DNA of 38,715 nucleotides from Babesia bigemina (taxonomy: Eukaryota). The DNA lies in contig NW_012237284.1 in NCBI RefSeq assembly GCF_000981445.1, forward strand, positions 1 through 38,715, read 5' to 3'. Position numbers and translations under genes: made by a program. The notes beneath the pieces were generated by a model. It had not been told where the DNA came from. It made no database searches and was given only the letters and a program-made list of their open reading frames with translations. Positions 8,580 through 19,517 of the stretch are shown here, piece after piece. Positions within the stretch are counted from its first letter, which is position 1. Each line of letters starts with the position of its first letter.

Positions 8580-11500
8580 ATAGTCAAAATTGCCTTCAAA
8601 AATGTTAGTAATTTGGTTAGTAAAACGCTGATCAACTGGTCAAATTGCAATACCATTTTTTGACGGTCCGTCAACGTTTCGTATACAGCAAAAATTATCT
8701 CAATAGAAATTTTTTAGTCCATTCCTAGACTTTACAATTTGCGTTTTTATTTTAATTTAAGGTGTCAGGCTAAGTGCGTAGTTTCGACTATTTTTTGTTT
8801 ATTTTTTTATTTGCACCTGTCCACATAGTTACCTAAATCTCAAAAGATGTTTTATAAATATATTAAGGGAGTTGGAATCTTCTGTGATTTTGGGGGAAAC
8901 TTTGAGAAACGTGTTTTCTCGGGTTTATCACAGAAAGGAAATTTTTCCGATGTCACTGGGGGGTGTATTGAAGGCCAAAAGTGCGGAATTAAAGCGGCAA
9001 CATCGCGAGGCGAAAGGCGGCCACACAGGCGCGCTGGATAGACGAACAAGGTACCAATGGAGAGCTCACAAGAAGTGCAGCTGAGCAGTCAAATCGATGA
9101 GGACGGAGACCTCATGGTTATTGACGTGGACGTCCCCGATGGGATGGACATCGATGCTCCGCTTGCCACCGTGGGGCGCCGAGAGTGTCGGCAACCCGAA
9201 AGGCGGCATGAATCCAGAAAACCGGTACAAAGCGGTGTTCAGGGCCCTAAAGGTAAACCCACAAATTCGAAGGGGGCCGGCCGTGGCGGCGAAAGCCGGC
9301 CAATCCCGCAGGCAAGCCGGAAACGACACCAGCCCGGAACCACTCCGGCTGTGAAGGGCGCTGGAAACAAAGCGCGGAACGGCGGTCCCCAGGGCCAAAA
9401 GGGTAACAACCGGAAGGCCAAAAAGACAGGAAACACGGCTCAAACGCCGCCTGTCGTGGTTTGCAACGCCGGGCCGAGTTCCTCGGAACGCGCACCCGTG
9501 TGTGTGCAGACACTGTCTACCCTGCAGCCACCGGCAGGGGAGGTTGTCGGAAACGGTGGCTGCCGCTCTCCGACCGTGTATTCCATATCGTCGGATGACT
9601 TTATGGACGTGGACGAAGAGGAACCTGAGCAAGTCGGGCCTGTGAGAGAATCAAACAACAGTATAGCACCGGGCACCGCCAGTGAGGTGGCGCTCACTGA
9701 GACGGCTGCGTTGCCGAGGGCACCCGAAGGGCACGCCCCGCAGGCTGAACGGGCCGGGAACACGCCACAAATGCCGCCGAACTACGCTAGGCTGAATGCC
9801 AAGTTACAGTTCCTGCACTGTGTCATGCGTCAGATCGATGGACCATGGTGTCATTGGGTACCGGACGTCTACAAGGCAGTAGTGACGAAGTATCAGAGGA
9901 TGCCACGAGGAGGATGGAAAGTCCTCGCGGAATATGCCAACGAGCATTTCGAATTCCACAAGACCCACAAGGAGGTGGAGCAGATGGCAAGACAGGTAGT
10001 CGCCAAAGCAGCGCGGAGCCAACCGACGGACGTTGGAGAAATAGCATCGCTGCACGACGTCGACTCATACAACGCCCTGCAGGAGGATTTCGACCGGATC
10101 ATGGCACAGAGGTTGAGGGAGCCTGGTGTGATTAGGACAGTAAAGAACAAAAGACACACCATGGACTCCCTCGACTTCACGGCGATAAGGTCGCTGGATC
10201 TAGTGGTCCACAACTACGTGAAGCACAACCCAGTCACTGACATGGGGATGCTAGCCGTCTTGTATCAGACGGCACAGGACTGCTACGACAAGTACAGCGC
10301 AAAACCATCGTCGTCCTCGGGAAAGAAGGAGGCAGCTGAGAGGAGGATCAAGGAGCTGGAGGAGATAGGAGCATTACTTCTGAAATACAAGCAGAAGGTC
10401 CCCCTGGAGAAGGAGGATAGGAAACGCGTTTATCGCCAAATGGACAAGTACAACATGATCGCGGACAAGCCGCAGGAACTGTCATACGTGATCAGCAGGA
10501 CTCAAGAGGAGCTCCAAAAGGAGCAGGACAAACTCAAGAACGCCAAGTTCAAGAAGGAGTTGTACAACGACAACCGCATGTTCGAGCTCTACACGGGACA
10601 CTTCTACAGGACACTGGAGAACAAGCAGGACGCGGACGAGTCGGCGATAAACGAGGGGATGATGATAGAGTACTGGGCGCAAATGTGGGTGAAGCCAAAC
10701 GCACCGCACAACGGTGAAGGATATCTGGTCGAAAGACCACCGGCAGAGAACAAGGCAGGCTTTCCCACATACGAGGAATTCGTCACGATCGTCAAGAAAT
10801 TGCGAGACTGGAAGTCGCCCGGTGCGGATGGGATCTACAACTACTACATTAAATGGCTCACGTCCCTTCACAGAGTCATTTACAGGCTAGTAGAGGAGGC
10901 ATGCCAGCAAGGCAAAGTGCAGGACGACTGGTTCTACTGTGGGATCACGTACCTACTACCGAAGAACAAGAAACCAAAGTCCGCCGCACAGTACAGGCCT
11001 ATCACATGCATGTCCAACCTATACAAGCTAACTACCCGCTGTGCAACGGAGACGCTTAAGCGAGAAGTCGATGGCAGGGGACTACGGTCCGAGAACCAGA
11101 TGGGCACGAGGAGCAACGTACAGGGTGCAAAGGAGCACGCGTTAGCGAACATCGCGCTCAACGAGAAGCACAAGGGGAAGTTACTTGCAACGTGGGTCGA
11201 CGTCATGAAGGCGTACGACTCAATCGACCACGCGTACCTGGCAAGGGTTATCGACAACCTTAACCTACCAGGGTGGTTATCAAACTTCATCAAGCAGACG
11301 ATCAAGAGGTGGAATATAGAGATACGGTGGAACAAGAACACAATCATGCACAAGAAAGTGGAGAGGGGCATTCTCCAAGGCGACAGCCTATCGCCCCTTC
11401 TCTTCGTGCTGTGCTTGGACCCGCTGAGCAGGCACCTGACTCGCATCTTCCCCAAGGTGGAGTTAAGCGTGACCGGCGGCAGGATATTCGCCACAAACCA

Positions 11501-13182
11501 CTTTCTCTATATTGACGACCTCAAGTTCTTCGCCCACGAGGAAAGTACGATGAGAGGAATGGGCCGAGAAGTGGAGAAGTTCTTCAACGACATAGGACTC
11601 AGGATCAACCGCGACAAGTCGGCAACCAACACGGAGGCGTGCGCCAGCATCGCCAAGCAGATGGAAGGCCCGGAAACGTACAAGTACTTGGGAGTCACAG
11701 AGACTTCAAACTCACTGACAAGCGACGGAATGTTCGACATAATACTACAGGAGATATGCAGGAGAACGGAGCTACTGGCTGCGTCAAAGCTGTCGGGGAA
11801 AAACCTCTCGATGGCCATCAACCAGTACGCCCTCAGCGTCATAAACTACTACATAGGCGTGATCCCCATGGACATCACGCACATCGACAGGATTGACTTG
11901 TAGACGCGCACAAGGCTCTCGGCAAAAGATGAACAAGTAACGTGGACGAACACACAACGGCTCTACCTCCCCCGGAAAGAGATGGGGAGAGGGCTCCACA
12001 GCATGGTATTCAGAGCGGAAGCCATGCTGCTACGACTGTGGTTGACGTTTTCAGCAGACGAGGTGACGTCAACCAGGAGGGCTGCGATCATGCAGCATTT
12101 TCGCGACACATACGCGCACATATCTCATATCAAGATGCACCTGGAAGGGAGATATGGAATGGAATTCGGAGTGGAGGACACGACGGACAAGAGCCTCAGG
12201 GACCTCAGGGTGGCCCAAAACAAATGGCTGTACAACAGAATGCACGTAAAATCAACTCATAAGGTTCTGTATGCCAAGCGTGAGGACCCCAAGCTGGACA
12301 TCGAGGCGTCGTCATTGTACCTGACGTGTGGAATACTCACCCCGGAAGAAGAAGCGAAGGTAGCAGAAGTCCAGGACAGGAATCTGCAATGGATGACTTC
12401 GTCCAACAAATGCTCAAGATGCAACAACGGCAAGAACGTGGACCACCTCGCGACGAAGTGCCCGAAACTACTACACCTTGAATATACGAAGAAGCACAAC
12501 GAGGTAGCAAAACGGGTCCACTCAGTACTCGGGAGGCAAATAGGACTACCCAAGGAGAAGATAGACGCCCACAAGATCGAGAGTGAAGTGCACGGAAAAT
12601 ACGGATGGATCGCGTACGACAAGACGGTCAAGACTCAGAAGACTAAGGAATACAACAGGCCAGACATCATCCTGGCGGATCGGCGGAGGAACACCATAAC
12701 CATCGTGGAGATAGGAATCACCAATCAAGACAACCTAGTGGATACGGAGAAGTTCAAGAAGCAGAAGTATGAAGACCTTATCGAGGACCTCAAGGCGCGA
12801 CAGTTTAACCAGCAAACCAAGATCAGGGTTATCCCCTACGTTATGACGTGGGAGGGAATAGTGACAAAGGAGCACAGCAAGTACAGACGGGACCTGGGCA
12901 TATCGGATCGCATGGAAGCCCACATACAAAGGGTAGTGATCCAAGAAACACATAAAATAGTGATGAGGGATATGAAGCCGAAAGAAGACTACGATTCCGT
13001 AGAAGACCCTCAAGCCCAAACTGTATGGATGCCCGCATGGATGGCACCAGTGACGTCCGGCAATGGACCGGCGTGGATCCCGCAACCGGTTTCAGCGTGA
13101 GGCGTTAGCCCCGCAAACACGAAAACCGGCCCAAGGCACGTAGCCACATAGCACACTACAAGATGAGATAACTTAAATTAAT
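8580..13182 (+). mobile_element. Non-LTR retrotransposon copy 1 (RLE-type, R4-like); 5' boundary uncertain
   Basis: Single long RT/endonuclease frame 9057-13100 plus an 82-nt 3' UTR ending ...AACTTAAATTAAT, identical to copy 2. Homology to copy 2 spans 9287-13182. The 5' limit is only guessed from the AT-rich stretch starting near 8580. Confidence 0.88.
9057..13100 (+). pseudogene. Retrotransposon ORF (RT + CCHC + PD-(D/E)xK endonuclease) interrupted by one in-frame TAG at 11901-11903
   Basis: ORFs 9057-11903 and 11982-13100 share a frame. RT motifs: KSPGADGI, YRPITC, DVMKAYDSIDH, GILQGDSLSPLLF, YIDD, YKYLG, then RLYLPRKEMGRGL. C-terminal motifs: CSRC..DHLATKC, KHNEV, RPDIIL..IVEIGIT..KY. 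Confidence 0.92.
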
Positions 13183-13207
13183 AGTGACTGCGTGACGCTA
13201 GAAGAGA

Positions 13208-13414
13208 TTATTGGAGTCTCGGCTTGGAATCACGAAATCCATCACGTATTTGGCGGAATATCTCTCCGAGGCTTACGTTATAAATTTGGCCCATGATGTA
13301 AAGTACCAAGACAAGGAGGGCCGAGAAACCAATGAAGCCGGCGAAAGCAATTCCTAAAAATTTTAAGGCGCAACCAGTTTTGTTGTTGCAAGTGCTACCA
13401 CAGAAGCATGCCAT
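13208..13414 (-). CDS. Small single-TM protein with a Cys-rich N-terminus (about 68 aa from the first ATG)
   Basis: MACFCGSTCNNKTGC, a hydrophobic segment (FLGIAFAGFIGFSALLVLVLYIM) and a basic tail. Same architecture as the ORFs at 14254 and 30905. Confidence 0.55.
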   Translation of the reverse strand: MACFCGSTCNNKTGCALKFLGIAFAGFIGFSALLVLVLYIMGQIYNVSLGEIFRQIRDGFRDSKPRLQ

Positions 13415-13930
13415 CTTCCCGAAACTCACAATACCACTAACCCTGCACAGCTATGAATCACACACCTCAATACTCTAACACCCTCAGCCAACTCGATGCA
13501 CCATGACCATACCCCCACCCCTACCATGCCATCCGCCTTGTGCTGGGGCAACCGTAAATCCGGATATCCCAACGCTGACATGACATGAATATCCAATCCA
13601 GCATGCACTAATAAGACATGTCTTCACCGTGATTTATCACTACAGCGACTAACAATGTATTGTCAACGAGAAGTGCCAGGTCTCTCTAACATCTGCCTTG
13701 TTCCATCCTGCTTATTCTGATATCTGACCAGCTTACCTAAGCCGCTTGCGTGACGTTTCCGATCAGTGCAATGCAGCCACTAAGCACGCCACCATACAGC
13801 ACCATGCCACTTGCTAACCTAACAAATGGCCCATCACGTCACACGGAGCACGACTCATCAGGTGACGGACTTTATTACAACCCGATAAGTTTTACTTTTC
13901 TCTTGATATGAGGTCACCCACCCCAACTAA

Positions 13931-14209
13931 TTAACCAGAGCGATGCCATGTTAGCAGATTTCCATTAACTAAATCTTGCCGGTTAGGTGAGGCTATACTG
14001 GAGTAGAAAGATAGGCGGTGCCTTAGGCGCAGGTTTTGCATCCATTGTAAAACTTTTCGTTGCAATCGCCACTCTCTGTATTTAAGAAGCATAAGCCACA
14101 AACCTTCATTCATCATGAAAATGATGACGGCGGCGATGGCGTGGATGTAAGGGGCGGGGATTGTGATCATCTCGCTGTTCATGTGATTGTTCATCAACGC
14201 AATCATCAC
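13931..14209 (-). CDS. Small hydrophobic ORF or second exon ('MIALM..' module), diverged copy
   Basis: MIALMNNHMNSEMITIPAP..AIAAVII aligns with ORF 30662-30859 and sits in the same position downstream of a Cys-rich ORF. It diverges after about 30 codons. Confidence 0.4.
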   Translation of the reverse strand: MMIALMNNHMNSEMITIPAPYIHAIAAVIIFMMNEGLWLMLLKYREWRLQRKVLQWMQNLRLRHRLSFYSSIASPNRQDLVNGNLLTWHRSG

Positions 14210-14253
14210 TCTGTCTAGACATTAGATATGAGTTGGCAGTTGGGTTATAGTAA

Positions 14254-14583
14254 TCAGCCGCGCAGTAGATACCGCACCCTGTGGAACGGCCGGATGCGGA
14301 AGTAGATCATGACACAGACGACGATGAGGAGAATTATAAAGCATGTGACAGCGACACCTACCGTAACAGGTAGTATGGCTCTTGTTTTACAACAAGGACA
14401 GTCACAATTTGCCCCATATTCATAGTCACATTTTGGACATTCATAACGATCGCAAGCGGTGAGACGCCCTATGTAATAATCGCACGCTTTGCACGCGCCA
14501 TAATTTCTACATCGTTTACAACACCATGGACAGCATATACATCTGCCATTACAGGGTGTGCCACACTTACACCCATCACTCAT
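14254..14583 (-). CDS. Small Cys-rich single-TM protein, 109 aa
   Basis: Dense CxC/CC/CxxC N-terminus, a TM, and the tail VMIYFRIRPFHRVRYLLRG, nearly identical to paralogue 30905-31306. Confidence 0.72.
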   Translation of the reverse strand: MSDGCKCGTPCNGRCICCPWCCKRCRNYGACKACDYYIGRLTACDRYECPKCDYEYGANCDCPCCKTRAILPVTVGVAVTCFIILLIVVCVMIYFRIRPFHRVRYLLRG

Positions 14584-15328
14584 TTTTTTTCTTACCTCTC
14601 CCTACCCATCAACCTACGAACCATGAATCACGTACCTCAGACCCGTACACTGAGCGTCTCCCATCTGCGCCCCAACAATCGGGTGATCGCCATCCGGCGC
14701 ATCGCCACTTACATCACTACTATGCAGCCATCACAACTAAAGTACTACCAACGTAGCGCATGTCGACGCTGTCCTGGCCGTGACATGCAGGTTAGCGGGT
14801 ACCAGTTCCTCGGCGAACTCCATCCACCACAGGCCGACGTTACCAATGCGTACGACTGCTGTTACATATGTGTTGTAATGAGTTCCTGAGTGAGATACAC
14901 GTCCTCATTAGTATGTCTCTTATGTACGCTGCTACCACCAATGCCACCTAACTACGCCGTCCATTGGCCATCACGTAGGAGAGTAGCTGTGGCATTTCCA
15001 GGTGACGTACATTGCCTACACGGCAACTAGTAACTCTACAACAACATAGTAACTCACCTGCTATGGCCATCGCCAGCTGCCTACGTTGGTGGCCAACAGC
15101 ACAGCTCCACCTATCACTTACAGAGTGGTACTATGCGAAGACATGTAAAGGGTTATGCAAAACTCAGATCACCACACTGTATCATCCATTAAGTTGGCAA
15201 CATGAACCAGGTTATGCCTGGCGGCAGTGACGCTTTTTTCACACCATGATGCCGCAGGTGCTGGAGTAACACAACTACTACTACAGCGCAACCTATTGCG
15301 ATGTAAAATGACTACATTAATGTGATAA

Positions 15329-18300
15329 CTATTGAACTGCAAGTTGACCAATAGCGTCCTCGTCGAAGTAGTCGACGTCTTAGAGTGATAGCATCTTCCC
15401 GCCTTTAGTGAGTAGCGCCTTGACGTCGATGAGATGGTAGGCCTTGGTGGTCAGGAGATGTGATCGGATGCAGAGGACGTCCGGGCGGTAGAGGAAAGTG
15501 TGGAGTAGGTACAGCGCCACGAGAGACCACAGTGCGATGGAGCAGTAGAAGAAAGGCATCCGTATGTGCCACATGAGTTTGACGATTTGCCGGAACAATT
15601 CAGTGAAGTGGCCAGAGTGCAGCGCCTTTCTGAGTTGTGCGTTGAGGTCTCCGCAGCGTATGCCAACGTTTTCAGTGACCAGGAGATCTGCGTTACTATA
15701 CGTGAATCCGTAACGTTAGAGGGTTGGCAGTGGCCCGGCGCACTGGACGATGGAAGGGCAGTGGCAGGTATCCTTCCCACCGTGGGTGCCGGGTTTACAG
15801 GGGCATGTGGCACACCCGGACGCCGTGCAGTCGATGTTATCCAGCGCGTGGAGTAAGTCACATAGCAACTCCCAGAATCGCCATGCCAGGTACATTATCC
15901 ACGTGATGTGTAGCCCGGCGTGCTTCTGCGGGTAGGTGTGATGGGCGTGGAGTCCTAGGGGTTGGAGGTAGGGAGCGCATCCACGGGGTGACTTGCAAGT
16001 GGAGTCGTGGAAGAGGGTGGACAACGCATTGTGGTTTTTGTGGCCATGGCCGGAGAGTGATGCGATGGCACTAGTGAGCTGGTGATTTTCATAACTGCCA
16101 TGGAGCAGTGTCCACAGTGGGAAGAGGCTGTCGATGCCGTCAGTGTTGAGGTGCGATATGAAATTGGAGGCATCGGTGTACGTGCCGCCACGGTGCTCAA
16201 CACGGTCATGAGAGTCCCACTTCCGAAGCAGCTGAGCATACAATGCAAACACGTCGGCGAGTGATGACGGTGCAGCGGGACACGACAAGAACAGAGTCCA
16301 ACAGAGCACGAACAGGCATGAATCGGAGTCACGGCACATATCGCCGAGGCGCTTGGCGAGATCTAACCCGGTGCCACTTATGGAGGCAGCAAAGCCAAGG
16401 TCCCAGAAGCCGAGCGGAGTGAGGCACTGCTGGCCGAGTTGGTTGGAGGTGCAGTTGGCACATTCGATGACCATGTCAGCAGCGGTAAGGGTATGCGGCA
16501 GAAGTCCGTGGCAGCAGTCACAGAGGAACGACTGGAGCGGCGAGGTGGGCGGGCAGCCGTGAATGGTGGTGGTGGAGGAAGTGGTAGTTGTAGTAGTTGC
16601 AGCAGTAGTAGTACTGATAGTACTAGAGTAAGTGCCGATTTGTTTACACTGCCAGTGGTGTGACTGCACCTGCCGGCCGTACGCGCACTCCCGCCACCCC
16701 TTGACCCGGGCGGTGCTGCGGCAGCACTGGGAGTACAGGAAGTAGAGCACTCTACTAAGACGGCATGCTATCTCACGTAGCATATCAAGCAGCGCATCTG
16801 GTTCATAGGGGTAGTGGAGCTTGGCACGGTTGTTGGAGGAGTCCGCCGAATACGGGTAGGCGGCGAAGTCGATGCCGTGGCCGTTGCCCTGGATGGCGGT
16901 GAGCAGTGCGGTGGAGTGTGAACATGTTGTTGCGATGGTATATGGTAGCTCATCAATGCACTTGGCCATGACAGAATCGTCCCTGTTGGGTGTGTCGCTG
17001 TCGTGGCATCGGCGGTCGAGCAGAGCCTTGCAGTGGCCTGGCAGCTTGTTCGCCACCTGTGTATACTGCAGCCCGGAGAGCCACGACAGCATGTCCCTGA
17101 CCGTGCAGGGGTATCGTGGCTCAGGGGGAGCAGGGATGTGGCAGACCTGGAAGTATTGACATAAGAGGTTGTGGAGCAGCGACATGATGGTGACCAAGTT
17201 GATTCCATTTTCCAATGGCTCACCGTCAATCATCATCTCGATAGCCACACCCTCAATTGGAGTTGCAAGTAACTCGTATATCCCACCGCCAGTAAACATG
17301 TTGTTCAACTCGCCGTCTTGCCCACTGTCGGAACTAGACACCCTGTACCCGCACCTGGTGAGGTAGTTGCCAAGTGGGTTATCCCTCTCGTCAGCAGTGA
17401 ACTTACTAATGTGAAGTGCTTTACACTCACCTTCACATTTCGTCGCCAACTTGGTAAGCGCTTGGTGCGTCATAGGTATAATGCTGAGGAACACCTTAGC
17501 GTACTTGTGGGCGTGTTCCTCCCTGCACCGCTGACCGGAGTAGGTGGAGATGTAAGTGTTGCCGAGCTCACCGGTGAATTTGGAGAGACCAATAGAGACA
17601 GTGTCGAGCAGCGGAGTGGACGGGTGCTTGAAGTAGAAGGGTGCCATATTACTCAGCGCCTTGCTCAGCCTCTCAACCAGCTCGGTGAGTCTGTCGGTAC
17701 CTCTATCATTGTCCCTTAGGTAGGCGAGCAGCGCAGTGAGCGCGTCATAAACATCATTGAGCTTGGGCGTGTAGGGCTCTTTGGTTGGTGGCAAAGAGGG
17801 ATTCTTCTCCTTGTTTTGCTCATCGTGCAGCCTGGTGATTTCCCCTGCGACATACTTCTCAATTTGCTCGAACACCTCCTGGAATGCGGATGATAATTCT
17901 GCGACGCTCTGTTCCTCACCTGTTAGATCGGAGCGCAGCGGTCGTTGCAAGTACTTCATGAACCCTTTATAGCCCACGTACCTATCCCTGTTTATCTCAT
18001 GTGGCAGCAGGTTTAAATCCTCGTTGACTTTCTTGGCAAACAATTCCAACGCCTCCCTCAGCGAGTCCACGTACAGCCCACGGGCTTCCTTGGTGAGGTC
18101 CTTGATGGCGTCGTCCACCTCACAGTCGACGTGCTTCAAAAGGGCATGGACGGTGTTCTTCTCTATCTCGTCGGCTTTATCAAGGAAGTCGTCACACAAC
18201 CTGATGGCTTCGGCAAGGTCGGTGAGTCGGAGGTTGGTGAGACCACCTTGTATGCCTTTGAGTTTCCCGTCAATATGCGGAATCTCAAGCTGGTTCAGAT

Positions 18301-19517
18301 TCCAGCCAGCATAGGCACCAGCTTTTTGGATGGCTAAGCTCATCTTACCTAAATTGTCAGTGATCCCTTTGCCCTGGTCGTTCTTGAGGGACTCCATTTC
18401 ACGTTTGATTTTCTTAAGGCCTTCATTGTCACTTCGACCAATGTGTTTTGTCATGAATTCCAGATTCTTGACTACGCCTCGATATTTGGGATCCTCGCTG
18501 TCCGTGCCCTGCAACTCGGTTCGGAGACTCTGAAGTTCGTCAGTTATCTCCTTCATACCTGAGCTTATTATTTCGGGTTGGTGGGATAACTGATTTTGTT
18601 GACTCTGAACATTGCGCTTAATATGGTCGAAGCCCTTGACATTTTTCCCATTCCATTGCTCACTGCCACCGAACTCCTTGTCCAGGAGATCAGTTAACAT
18701 AGTGCTAACTTCATCTTGTAATTCACCTTTAAGCTTCTTAAGATCCTTTTCAATTTCTTCCTTTGCTTGTCCGATTTCTTTGAGTCTATTAGTAAAAGCA
18801 TTTGCCTGCAGACTACTAATCTTTTTTTTGATTTCTTGAAGACTTCCATCGTCACTTTTAGCAAGACCAATACCAATCTTCCTTTGCAGCAGCTGTAAGT
18901 TGTGCACAATGTCATCTTCAGGAATGAGTTCATGACTCAATTTCTTTCTAACATTTCGGAGAACACTTTGGGTTTGTTGCAGTACACTCTCGGTTGCTTG
19001 TTCAATGTTTTCACTTGCCTCAGACAACTGCGTATTCTTCTCATGGAGTTCATTGTTGATTTTACTGAGACCATCTTTACTATTTTGCCACTCCTCACCA
19101 CCAAGTCCTTTCGTTAACAAGTCTCCCAACCTGTTTATCAGACTATTATTAGGACTTCCAGACTCGCTTTTTAACTCTTTTCTAAGCTCTTCAAGCACAG
19201 TGGTAATGAGGTGGACGCCAGAGCCGAGTAGTGTGGGCTGGCCGGTCAACCAATTCAAGTGAAGTTGAAGTTCCTTTTCAATTAACTCATGGCCTTTTTC
19301 GTTATAGTATTTCTGCCATTTACCATTGCCAAGACCGGTACCCCTCAAATCCTTGATTGTCTCAATGACTTCATTGTTCAACAGATGGTGAAGCACTGCA
19401 AGCTTACGTCTGATTACGCCGACGGCTAGGCCGATGTCCCTGGGTTTCTCACTAAAATGCTTTGCCTGTTGCTTGCTAATCTCCGTAAGTATGCTCATGA
19501 GATTATTTTGATATTTG
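15329..19517 (-). pseudogene. VESA-related large antigen pseudogene (coiled-coil N-region), 5' end replaced by retrotransposon copy 2, two in-frame TAA
   Basis: The frame is open from the element junction at 19517 to TAA 15716-15718. It continues in frame (RYGFTYSN...IALWSLVALYLL...IRSHLLTTKAYHLIDVKALL) to TAA 15380-15382, then DVDYFDED to the natural TAG at 15329-15331. Confidence 0.85.
16563..16628 (-). repeat. Thr/Ser-rich trinucleotide-like tract inside the antigen pseudogene
   Basis: Encodes SSTISTTTAATTTTTTSSTTT. Confidence 0.6.

Noticed and set aside
8565..8580. TAGTGA as a possible target-site duplication matching 13182-13187
   Set aside because: Only 6 bp and the 5' boundary is unknown, so a chance match is likely.
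11882..11958. Diversity-generating retroelement-type TR/VR pair
   Set aside because: Substitutions affect all four bases rather than only adenine, and the RT is non-LTR type.
9057..13100. Telomerase, group II intron or LTR retrotransposon RT
   Set aside because: No TERT motifs, LTRs, protease, RNase H or integrase. The C-terminal CCHC plus RLE indicates a non-LTR element.
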